Source: Pocillopora damicornis
Lineage: Eukaryota
NCBI RefSeq assembly: GCF_003704095.1
Contig: NW_020846005.1
Span: forward strand, 558,001 to 622,000
Length of the DNA: 64,000 nucleotides
Direction of reading: 5' to 3'
Positions 53,029-64,000 of the stretch are shown in pieces. Both the position numbers and the translations under genes were made by a program. Under the pieces are notes generated by a model. That model was not told the DNA's origin. It saw only the letters and a list, made by a program, of their open reading frames with translations, and did not search any database. The first letter of the stretch is position 1. The number at the start of each line of letters is the position of its first letter.

Positions 53029-54188
53029 ATGGCTGACGAGCTTGAAGCTGCGGTTTTCAATGAGGAGAAAAAGAAGAGAAAGCGGCGTGGTCCGCGTTTA
53101 ACTGGGATCAGTAAACAGCGCAGAATGGCCAACGCACGAGAAAGAAAGAGGGTGCAGAATTTAAATGAGGAAATTGAAGTTTTAAAAAGTTTGTTACCAC
53201 TTTCTTCACAAGATAAAAAGCCAACGAAGACAGAAGTTATATGGCTTGCAGCTCAATATATTGATGTCCTTACACAAATGTTGCAGGATGCAAAAAGCTC
53301 AGATAATTTCGACGAGGATTCCTTCCTGGATTTTGATAAACTACTGGGTATAGATATTGACAGTCTCTTTGAACTGGACGGTAGGTGCAATGTATTTGAC
53401 CCTCAACGTGATAAATTGCTTTCGTTCACTATGAATTATTAAAGGTTTGACCCCGATATCTATATTGTGGTCTGCTGGTTGATCCATAAATTTACGATTC
53501 TTCGGCTGGAGTTGCAGTTTTATTTAGACGAATAAATTTGATAAAACTCCAAAATTTTGGAGACCTACTATCTTAATCCTTACCCTGCAGGGTCATTTTT
53601 TTCTTATCTGGTTGAACTAACGCGCCTACGCTGCGCTGTTGGTTTTATTTTCTTGAAGACTCAAGTCATTTGCGCGGTCTCACTCAATTGTCGTGATATT
53701 GTAATCGACTCTTTGAGCAAGGTTGCACCCATTCAGCTGATACGAAAAGCCTATTGTGCCGATAAACATGCACATCTGTCAATACTGGTTAAGTATTAAT
53801 AGCTGAAAGGCTGGCGATTATTGTGTTTTCTGAAGCATTAGTCCTTCTGGATTAGGTGCTACTCCATCCCAGGCAAACCCTTTCCCCCACCTCTTAGATA
53901 TTTTTTTTGCTAGATATCTGCGCCTATTCGCAGGTAGCCATTTATTATTGATGAAAAGAGACATTCTGCAAGGATTAAACCACTGACGCTGTCCAGTCTC
54001 AAAATCTGTCCGAGTATTATCTTAGTATTCATCTTTATGGACGAGGAGCTCATTTCGGTAAACTTGTATGACGGCTCTTCGTTTTATGATCTTATCTCCA
54101 AAACAAACCTAAAACTAAGAAACTCACTTCGCCAGACTAAACCCTCTTTGCTTTTTCCTTTTCAGATTTTGCTCCGCTCGTGCTTTAA
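53029..54188 (+). CDS. Paraxis/Scleraxis-like bHLH, cluster copy 6
   Basis: MADELEAAVF...KRRGPRLTGISKQRRMANARERKRVQNLNEEIEVLKSLLPLSSQDKKPTKTEVIWLAAQYIDVL. Exon 1 is 53029-53380 (GACG/gtaggt). Predicted exon 2 is 54166-54188 (DFAPLVL-stop). The ORF-track start at 52798 is a TTG and is unlikely to be used. Confidence 0.9.
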
Positions 54189-56436
54189 GAAATCCTGGTT
54201 CTCTTCCAGACAGAGCTGGTGAAAACCTTGTCAAGACAATCATTAAACGATGCCGTGACGTCCAATTGAAACATAGACCTCCGAGCCATTGTAATTATCA
54301 CCTTATCTACACCTCTCGAATTTGTTGCTTTAGGATCAGCTTTCACAACATTCAGTTATTTTGGTGGGTTTCTTTAATCAAGGGAAAATATATGTTCTTC
54401 TGTGGTATATTCCGGCAAAGCAAACTAGGACCCAAAAATAGTCTTACCCGTGAGAAAGTGAAATAATATTATTTCCAGACATCACAGAACAATAACTTGA
54501 AAATCAAAATTAATCTAAGGAGTGGGGTTTTTCCTCATGTTAGTTTTAATACATTTGTTTTATGTCTAAGCCTGGGGTCTCTTTTTTCGCGGAATAGGCC
54601 ACCTTTCCGTCTCCCTTTCCCTCCCCTCTGTCGATACAATTGCCGTAATCCAATTTCGAACGTTCCCGAAGAGTTTCATAAACTTGATCGTATCACAATA
54701 CGACTTCAGTCACTGCACTTTAAACTTCCCGAAGTTTATGCAAACATTTTCATAAATTATGGCTGAATATTCGCTAACATAGATTGATTACCAAGAGAGT
54801 TTATTTGTAGTCATAGGCATTGGAAGTGTGTACTCATGCTTTGTTTTGTTTCCAGGCCCACGCCTCAATCTCTTTGTAATACAGTATCCGAGTTTTCCTG
54901 TAGAATACAGTGTGTTAATTCAGATAAGAGTCAATTAAAAGTAAGAAATAACAAATTAGGAGAGAACTACCGTGGTTCGCTCAGAAAATTCCCTTTACAA
55001 GCTTGGAGGAAAGTGATGTGTACGGCATAGGAGAATTTGAATGGATATCTTAACCAAGAAGGTTGTAAGACTCTAACCTCGATTTTCATAGCCCTCTTAA
55101 TAGAAAGCCCGGTTTACATCCTTTGGAAATAAAACTTTGTACATTAGAGCATCTTTTTTTTGGCAAAGTAATCTAATAAGATCATCGCAACAATGCATTG
55201 AATTCCCTTTGCCTGAGGTCAGTCAGCGAAGAAATTTAGTTTCGAGATGTTAATTTGTGCGGCTTGATGAAAGGGAGTTGTTTCAAAATATCCAGTTGCG
55301 CTGATTGTTAGGTCTGACCGAGAGAATTTGCGGTTTCAGCCACAACAAACAAAACACTAAATACCGACTTAGAAACACTGACAAGATTCTCAACTACTGC
55401 GGTTGGAAAGCTGATCTAATCGTTGACCCGTTGGCTGGACGTTCTTCCTAGTATACATTGCACAAAGTAACCACAATCTAACGTGCGAGCATAAACTTTG
55501 TTTCTAAATTCCAACTTTTAAATCAGCCCTTTTAAATTTAATATCAAAACAGTAAACAAGCGTGTGAAAACAATAATTATTCCTATTAAAAACTACTTCT
55601 GAACTTTCACACACTGAACTGATAGGTAAAAAATACTTCTGAGCTCAAAAGCTCTATAACCAACGATGTTTAGCACAAAGGCACACTTGTGTCGTAAATA
55701 TTTATATGTACCGTTGTAACCTTGATTAAAAGATTTTCTGTAGGGGGCTTCATTCGAGACATTCAGCTGAGAAATACAGCATTTAAAAACTCTGAGGGAG
55801 GTGATATAATAAAAAAGGACCGGCATAGTTGAAAAATATTTTCCGCTATAAACAGTTCAAGTGTAATAGAATTTTGACCAACGTTTGTAGTTTTTTTTAC
55901 CCTTGTGGAATAGTCTTTTCTTGATAAATTTGTCCACTTCCTTTTATCAATTCCACTTTTTGGAAAGGCTTAACATCGCTTCTGTACTTCTGTTCAAAGA
56001 ATTCCCTTTTGCAAATGATAGAAAAAAATTTTGGCATCTGTACTCATTATGATCAAGCGGAAATTTCACTTGCTAATCTCTCATTTCTTCTGTTATCCGA
56101 GGCCTTCGTTTGCTTGGATAACATGATCGATTGAATGTGAGGAATCTACAGATGACGAGGTTTTCATGATTCCATCCAAGTGTTTCAGTCTTATTAATTA
56201 CGAATGGTACAAATTCCTACCCTAATGCCTGCAGGTCAAAAAGGAAAAAACTCATGATCGATCGTCTAAATACACTCCCTGTCAAAAATAAAATAACTTG
56301 GTTACTTATCATAATCTTAGTAATTGCGCGTTAAAAAAATGACTGAAATGAAAATTTTCATATTATGACATATTAATCATGGACTTTTTGATTATCTCAT
56401 GTAAAGTTGTGGTATCAATTTAATATCATACACACG

Positions 56437-56739
56437 CTATGCATCATTCTTCTGCGCTGCTTGTGTCTGAGTTCCCTCTTCCTCTAATAACAACATCATT
56501 CGACCAAAGTAAGAGGCCGCCATCCAAATTATCTCTGTTTTAGAAGGTTCTTTCTCTTCTGGAGGCAGAGGAATTAAACGACGTTAAATCGTGATGTTGT
56601 TATTTAAAGTGGGCGCTCGTTGCCTTTCGCGTGCGTTTGCAAGCCTTCCCTGTTTACTTACGCTCGTTGGTCGGGGACCGCGGCGTATTGCTCTTTTCTT
56701 TTGAGGCATGGATTCTGTTTCTTTATCAACACTTTCCAT
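56437..56739 (-). pseudogene. Paraxis-like bHLH cluster copy 7, disrupted by an in-frame TAA
   Basis: Reads MESVDKETESMPQKKRAIRRGPRPTSVSKQGRLANARERQRAPTLNNNITI*RRLIPLPPEEKEPSKTEIIWMAASYFGRMMLLLEEEGTQTQAAQKNDA*. The TAA at 56586-56584 replaces the invariant helix-1 Leu, and several other invariant residues are also changed. Confidence 0.88.
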
Positions 56740-59020
56740 TTTTCAGATTACCTAAATTTCCTCGCATGAATCTAGGCAACCGGTCAATTTCCTCTAAAAG
56801 AAAAATCGATAAAAAGTGAGGCATGGCAGAGAAATTGGGATGAAGTTACCTTCGTAAATCCGTTCCGCTTGTTTGAAGCTTTCTGTTGGATTGAAAACAT
56901 TGAACACAAAACGCCGGAAGCTCTACGCTCATAACCCTTGATCCTATCGCATGTAAATTGAAGGTTTTGTCGTCAAGGCTATGATTATATAAATCAACTT
57001 TTGTTTAACGAAAACTTCGCTATTGCTAGCTGTGTGAGCATACAAACAATTATCTGAACAGTTCACCACTCAAGGCTTCTTTACATAATTTAAATAGTTT
57101 TACAGCTTATGTGACCCAACAAAATTTCTTTCCCTACAACACAGATTCTCAATTTTTCCTTTTCCAAAATTCCGGATCAAAATTGTTGCTGTCCTGCACA
57201 ATCTCACATTTTTCCTGAATTGTTTTTCTCCGGGTCACAACTGATGCCTGTGATGCAACGTTAATGCAAAACTAAAAGATCGAAAGAGATGCAGAGAGGT
57301 GTTCGGCGGCTATTATGATCCAAATGCCGTTTAATGAAAGTTACCTATAACACTCCACAGGGCATCAGTTCAGTATTGTTTATAATCTAAATCAAATTTA
57401 CCTGACAGTAAACAAAAACATGTCAACGAACATATCAATTTATCTACCAGATTACAAGAAGTTGAATTGTTTGAAGTTAACTTGAATTTGAGTGTTTGAG
57501 ACAAACCGTAAGCTCACCCAAGAAATAATTCATTGATCTTAACTATGTCCTTAGGAAGCCTCACTTGTGACGATCACAGCACTAGCTAAAACCGGTTCAT
57601 GACATGAACGAAAGGAACGGAGATATTAGAAGTCGATATTTAATGAGGTATTGGCCTCAAACAGAGAAGCTTACAATTATCAAGAACCCAAACACAACGG
57701 CTTGGTGATTTTCAATGAGAATAGGTATTTCATGGCTCTAATAAACAATATGTTAATTGGGAGTTATTTCGAGCGATATTTCGCTTGTTAGGGGCGTGTT
57801 TTCAGGGGTAACGTTCAATAACTATATGATTGTAGCCGATAACCTTGCGTTCCTTGACACAAAAACATTGCGCAAGTTTTCCAACTTTTGTTAGCCAGTT
57901 TCGCCGACAGAATGAGGTTCATTTTGGCTTCCCTTTCATGTAAAGGTGCAAAAATAATTTTAGAGCAAGTTTGAATGCAGAATTCTTCAGTGAAAACAAG
58001 GCACCCACGCTAACTCTTAGATCTATATTTTTATTTGACAATAATGCGCCTGCGCAAACATATTACTGGGTAACACCCAAATATCAATGATTTTTGTGCT
58101 TGAATATCAAGCAGAAATATTTCAATATTTTTAGCATATCGGTACCAGTCAAACTGTGTAATTCTAACAGCAATATCTATTAAGTAAGTAAATAAAGTAT
58201 TGCCTATGTGCCCTCGAAATTCATGCCATGCATAAATTTACAACAACTTGACCGAAGTAATTAATTGACATTACATTAATTTGCACCCAGTGATTCCTCA
58301 TTGTGAGGATAAAACGTTCTGTGTCACAAACATTCACTAAAACTCTTGCTATGAAATAGAAAATCAGTCCCATCAGTGATCAAGTTTGGACGCATCGTTA
58401 TTTTGGAAAGGCGTACGACTCAAAAAGACAATGGCGCACAATCTGAAAGAAAAGGAGAGTTCAATGTCAGCTCATCAATCATAAAAATTGATAAACATTG
58501 GGAGACAATGAATCACCGGAGTTCGACAAAAGCCTCAGTCTAGGAGATTGTGGCTTCGTTAAGTTTATCTGCTCGCAACAAGAAATTTTAAAGATCTACT
58601 AATTAACACTAGGCAAGATCAATGATTACGATATGTCGCTTTGTGATTACTTCACGACACGGTTCGCCTCTCTCAGAGGGAAGCCAAAATGCCGACTTCG
58701 GCAAAATTGATTTTGTCCACGCTATTTCTTGCAGATATTTCCTCACTAGAGAACGCTCAATACACCATAATTTCATACAAGAAAAGAATCAATTTGTTAT
58801 CAGCCCAAAAAACAATCTGATAAGTTGCACCTTACGGCGCACAATAGGAGAGTACTGATCCTGTCAGACAAAATGCATAAAGGTGAAGGCGGAATAAATA
58901 CTGTTTGGACAACCTTTAGCTCCTTCGCCCGCAAACTAAGCTTTTTCGGCTCCAGTTCACTAATTGGGATCTTATTTAAATGGGAAACATTATGCATGGT
59001 GTCTGATGTCGGTATATTAC

Positions 59021-59641
59021 CTAAGGTAGAGTTATTTCTCCTGAAAAAGCATAACCTGGAGCCAGGGGTTCTCTTAATATTTTGTGAAACTAGACGAAGA
59101 TTACCGTTCACGATGTAAAACCTTAAAGTCATTAACAAGGCCTTTAAAAATGGATTGTTCTTTAAACGTCAATTTAAAAAGTCACTGGCTTACTTAGAAG
59201 GATTATGCCATTCCAACTGATTTGCATACACACCCTAAAACCTAACAGCCTACAACTCTCATTCCCTCCCATTTCTTTCAGCCGGTAACACCAACCTTCC
59301 AAATTAAACAGAGGGCTGTCATCTAAGCTATCCAAAGAGTCAATATCGAACATTTCAAGCTCAGCCTGCCACTGATCAGCAGAATCCAACATTTTGGTGA
59401 GCTCTGTGATGTAATCTACAGCTAACCATATCACTTCAGTCTTAGAAGGTTCCTTCTCCTGCGGCGGAAGAGGAATCATATGTCGTAATATCTGGATATT
59501 CATGTTTAAAATTTCAACCCGGCGTCTTTCACGTGCATTCGCCACCCGGCGCTGCTTGCTGACGCCTGTAAGACGTGGTCCACGTCGCCGGGGTTTCTTC
59601 TTGTGCTGCGGAATAACTTTTCCAATGGGTGCGACGTCCAT
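59021..59641 (-). CDS. Paraxis/Scleraxis-like bHLH, cluster copy 8
   Basis: MDVAPIGK...RRRGPRLTGVSKQRRVANARERRRVEILNMNIQILRHMIPLPPQEKEPSKTEVIWLAVDYITEL. The first ATG is at 59641 (the track start at 59683 is GTG). Probable donor after 59296 (GAAG/gttggt) and tentative exon 2 at 59040-59021 (GEITLP-stop). The unspliced ORF ends at 59174. Confidence 0.88.
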
Positions 59642-61789
59642 TTCGCGGATGTGGCAGTGTATAACTTGTTTATCGACTGACACGATCGTATTATATCAAC
59701 ATATTTGACCAAAGGAGTGAAGCCACGCGCCGTCATGCCTTTTGAGTCTTTTGTAATTGCACAAAGGTATCATCAGTTCTATGTTTTAGAATATCGTACG
59801 TCAGTAGTGAGTCCCCTGTGGAGTTTGAGGGAACCTTGGATTTTTGTCCGAGCGACGTGTTTTTGTGATGCGTGAAATTACATTGTATTCCACTTTGTGT
59901 TACATGAGCAGATATGAAGAGTTCGTCATTAACTGTATCCATATTACTTTTCTCTGCATAGTTCAATCATTTTACGACACAGATCGTATCAAAAACTCCC
60001 CTAGTTTCGAAAAACAAACATTACTTCATTAAAACGGTTCACGTCACAAAAATAAAAATTTGACTTTGGCTAGAGTCTTTTTATCTTGCAGGTTGTGTTT
60101 TGGCTCAGTCGTATTCAGAGGCTCAGCTGGAGCTAATTCACATAATGATCAAGGTTAGAAAATTGTCCAAACAGGAACTCCACATGCATTCGCAAAAATT
60201 GAGCAATGTTACATAAAAATTTTTGCCTGACCACATTCCGCTTCTGTGGGATTTTTTTACAATCAAATTAATTAATTTAACTTAAATTATTTGTATATTC
60301 AAACAATTAAAGAATTGATATCATTTATGTGGGCGTATAAAGAATTTTGGAAGGAAATAGCTTATGTAATCATGAATTCCACATTCCTATCACTTAAAAT
60401 CCCCTTTTCATATGGAAAGAAAAAAGCGACTGCTTTACATCAGTGAGAGGTTTGTTAAGGGGTTATTTTCAAACTGAACTCTATCTTCAAATACCATCGA
60501 CTTGTGTCGGTGGAAAATCGAAAAGTTAACAATGTTCATTAAGGTAAATCAACTTAGTAGAAGCTGTGATTTTTCGCCCGTCAACTCTTCGATGAATCAT
60601 GCGAAGGCCACCGGAAGCTATTTACTGCTCTGCAGTCAATTCTCCATTATCAACTGAAGGTGTTCAACTGACACCCAACAAATAGCTGGTAGATTATAAT
60701 CATGAAATAAAAGAAAATGTTATCTAATTAATAAGATAGTACTCTTAAAACAATACGACAGTAAACAAAATACGCGATTTTCATTGTGATAAGATTCATC
60801 AAAGGTCTTTTCTCTTTAACAAATTTTAAGAATACTTAGGTTATCGTTTGATTTTTAACTCTCACGTCAAATCATTAGGAAAATTATCCCGAGTTTCTGA
60901 AATAATAGGTAAGTCAAAATCAACGTCTTCTGAAAAACACAATGAGCTATAAAACACAGCGTGGCAGTGCTGAGATGATAAACAACTTTTCGATCTAATT
61001 TTAAGCACAAATTAAGTACTGCTTATAAGTTTTATCTGCAGGGGAAAAAATTAGAATCTTCGTGCATGTGGCTATGAGTATGTAATTGATTAAGTTGAGC
61101 ACCTGCACTTAGTTTAAGCGTTAAAAATGTTAGATGGATTTTTCTAGAACTTGTTTTCGTTGTTCCTAATGTTTACATTTTGTTGAAAAGAACAGCAAGG
61201 GTGTGCAATTAACTTTTTTCTTCTCATTAAAAAAGATTCCCTCCGTCAACTCCAAACAAAATGAGAAATGGCACTTGAGCACCTCTGTGTATCAGTGTCA
61301 ATATTATGACTTGTAAAAAGAGCAAAATAATGAGCAGGTGAGAAAACTAAAGAACGGCCTTATGTTTTAGTAAATCCACAAGATGATTTTGTAGAAGAAA
61401 TGTGTGGCCGGTAGAAGTTATGCACTTTGTTTAAATTACAATGAAACAAAAGAGACCAAATATCCAAAGTATCTTGTTTAAAATGAAATCATTTAACTGA
61501 GTTCCAGCTGAGTTTACGACGAACGAAATCGAAGATGGAACATCGCAGATTTATTTGAAAGTGCTGAACAAACAAATAAAACATGTCTGAGTAGATTTGA
61601 ACCAAAAAGAATGTTCAATACGACAAAATCAAACTAAAACCTGTTTCAGAGACAATGTAAAAAGAGACAATGGAATGGCGGAATGCTAAACCTGCATTTA
61701 TTAAAATGTTACAACTGTAACAGCTAACTGCAACTTGATACAGTAGGCGATTTCAACCCAAGACTAATATTTGATGACATAGTTTTATC

Positions 61790-62335
61790 GTGAGGTTGAG
61801 ATTACTGACGTTTCGATAACCCCAACAGAATTCAGCATCAGAGTCGTGGGAAGAGAGCTGTCAGTCGAGTGTTATAGATCCGGTTTGTGTGAATTGATTT
61901 GATCGGGTTTGCCATGATGTCATGGCTGAGGGACTCAAGTAGCGTAAGTAGGTTCTGATTGGCCGGTTTCACTTCGTCTGTGAAGGTCGTTTTCTTCGGT
62001 TCGTTTGTGGTGAAAATGTCGTGAATAAGTCGTTTGCGTGCTAGCGTGGGTTGTTAACTTTCTGTCGAGGGAGGTCTGTTCTAAGTCAGTGACACACCCT
62101 CCTGAGCCAGTCGTTGGAAGTAGTAGTAAGTTAACCATTACATGGTGTGGTTCGTAAGTTGATGACGTTCAGCTGCATGATTGATGACGTTGCCACAGGT
62201 TTCTGTCAGTCTCTTCAATGTAGGAAGCAGGACAACCTGTATGGTGCTTCTTGTCTGTTGCTTGGTTTGGCTTTAACGAAAGTAAATAATCGAAGAAGTC
62301 GTTTTATGGGCGACGAAGATATTGTAGGGAGACGG
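61790..62335 (-). mobile_element. Penelope-like retroelement remnant (GIY-YIG endonuclease region and 3' end), heavily decayed
   Basis: Broken-frame peptides in the expected order: PYNIFVAHK, NRQEAPY, CPASYIEETDRNL (YIGETGR motif), NHAAERHQLTNHT, YFQRL, TDLEQTSLDR, KRLIHD. They are followed by a hammerhead-like CTGATG...GAAAC motif. Confidence 0.75.
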
Positions 62336-62579
62336 CAAATATAACATACTCGAACAATCGGAGTATATTTAGAGGAAAAAAATCATTTTAGTTGATGATC
62401 TATCTTTGTGAGTGGACATGACTATGACGTGATAAAAACCGAAATATGAAATTGACTGCCCATTGTTACAAAGGTCTGTGAGTTGAATGATATAGGTCTG
62501 TCTTGTACAAGGATCAGCCACTGACCGAAAAATATCATATCTAAGTTTTATCATCAGCAATATAGTTTTACAGAACTGT

Positions 62580-62742
62580 AGGTACATGATGTCGGGAACG
62601 GTAAAAGGTCTACCCATTCTCTTCGCTGTAAATATTCTATCCAATATGATTTTTTTAACGATTTTTTTCAGTTTGTTTTTCTATTGTATTTTCCTTGAAA
62701 AGCCCCCATGGAGAGAGGTCAATAAAATATTGTATTGTATTT
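62580..62742 (+). mobile_element. Possible LINE (L2/CR1-group) 3' end
   Basis: ccttgaaaagcccccatggagagaggtcAATAAAatattgtattgtatt: a short stem-loop-like region, AATAAA and a (TATTG)n tail. No intact RT ORF is seen. Confidence 0.35.
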
Positions 62743-64000
62743 TACTGTTTATGGAACAATTGAAATGGTAGGGGAACTAACTGATTACATTGTGTTACGA
62801 CAAGGCAATTCTGAAATTTAACAATAGGTTTTGAACTTCTGGTTATGATTTTGACCTCTCTTAAAGGAAATCACTGATTCAAGGAACATAGCTTAAGTTT
62901 GTATGTGGCCCGAAAGAAGCTCATCAGGTCCATCATGGTGATGGGCTCCTTGTCCAGGCTGAAACGCCTGTCCCTCCGCTCGGGTGGCACTGGGGCTGTT
63001 GATTATTAACTTGTTCTGCGGCTTATTCTACAATGACGTCATTTGATGTGGAAGCCGCATATCCGGTTGCATTTGAAGAGTTCGTCTGTGAACAAGGTGA
63101 GCCGCCAAACCAACGTTCAGTCCTTTATATCTTTCCTCATTTTTAAGGTTTTCATCATTTTAAGTAGCCGATACTTTGTATCTATTGACTTTCTGACCAT
63201 CTTCCGAGCCGCAGTGGTTGCCATCTCAGTATCTTAGTCCTCTTAAGCTCCAATCGCGGATTTGTGATTTGCGACGTGAATGGAAAGCGTTGCGTGTATC
63301 AGAAAGGTATGTAAATTTAATATATACACTGTTTATTGAAATAAGTCGGCAAATACTGAATTTAAGCGTGACTGATTTGGCGAATGTGCGAAGCTGCTTG
63401 CTTTAAAAAGGACATGACTTTACGCTGCGGTAGTTCACGCTAATAACTGATGTAGTGTCGCGAGATGACCATTGTAGAGCTTTTAAATGTTCTGTTCTCA
63501 GACGAGTAGCATTTGAGATCGTTAGGATAGCAAACTCAAGTGGGTACTTGAGTCAAGCGGCTTAGCAACGAGTAATTCAATTTTCAACGGATATGAATAA
63601 TATTTCAGAGGTCATTCGTTTATTACAGTTACCAGTACGTCTCCCATTTCATGTTAGAATATACTTATGGTATAAGCTTGATTCATTTGCGTGCCCATGG
63701 ATTGTTTTTGTCTGGTTCATCGATCAATTTAGTGGCGTACAGGTTTTCAGGAGTCCAAGGATATAAAAAAATGTAACTTGAAACGAAATGTCTACGAAAA
63801 AGAACATGGTATGAGGAAAAAGCATGCGTACTACTTTGACAATGATACCACGAAATTGCGTGATTTTTATCTGTTTCACTATCATCCTCCGAAGTCCTTG
63901 ATTTAATAACGACAAAAATTATGAAATATTGTAGCATTGCTCTCCTCTTGTCAAGTGAATGTGAATTTCAAAGATCACAGGTGATAGTTTATATCAAGTG

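Noticed and set aside
28291-59708. Mutually similar ORFs antisense to the bHLH genes (28291+, 33815+, 42900-, 50046+, 59502+; LSRA.A..RCLLTPV motif)
   Set aside because: They are the reverse-complement shadow of the conserved basic-region codons. They have no independent coding signal.
62900-63420. GC-richer segment with TGATG...GAAAC-like words suggestive of another Penelope terminal repeat or ribozyme
   Set aside because: The core motifs are incomplete or on opposite strands, and no supporting RT/endonuclease peptide was recognised.

Overview
AT-rich, intron-containing animal genomic DNA. It is most likely a stony coral: that is an inference from the lipoxygenase, the cnidarian-style twist and repeat families I recognise from scleractinians. 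From left to right: (1) the last 8 coding exons of a lipoxygenase ending ...VPNAISI (310-3670, +); (2) a single-exon twist gene (9402-9821, +); (3) tRNA-Cys(GCA) (15624-15695, +); (4) a head-to-head pair of paralogous 3-exon genes, each encoding signal peptide + single DOMON domain + S/T stalk + hydrophobic tail (18237-19350 -, 19980-22242 +); (5) a ~32-kb array of eight small Paraxis/Scleraxis-like bHLH genes (27.5-59.7 kb, orientations - - + - - + - -). Seven of the eight are intact. The eighth is a nonsense-mutated copy at 56437-56739 that the ORF track misses. All eight share an extended basic motif, RRGPRLTGVSKQRR.ANARER, degraded in the broken copy, but differ in their HLH dimerisation surfaces. 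Five have hidden phase-1 3' exons, the longer of which encode acidic/aromatic tails. MITEs, SINE remnants, a TSD-flanked tRNA-derived tandem insertion and a Penelope-like remnant are interspersed. The twist-linked bHLH array is the best candidate for an interesting system. Exon models were read by eye and are not transcript-validated.
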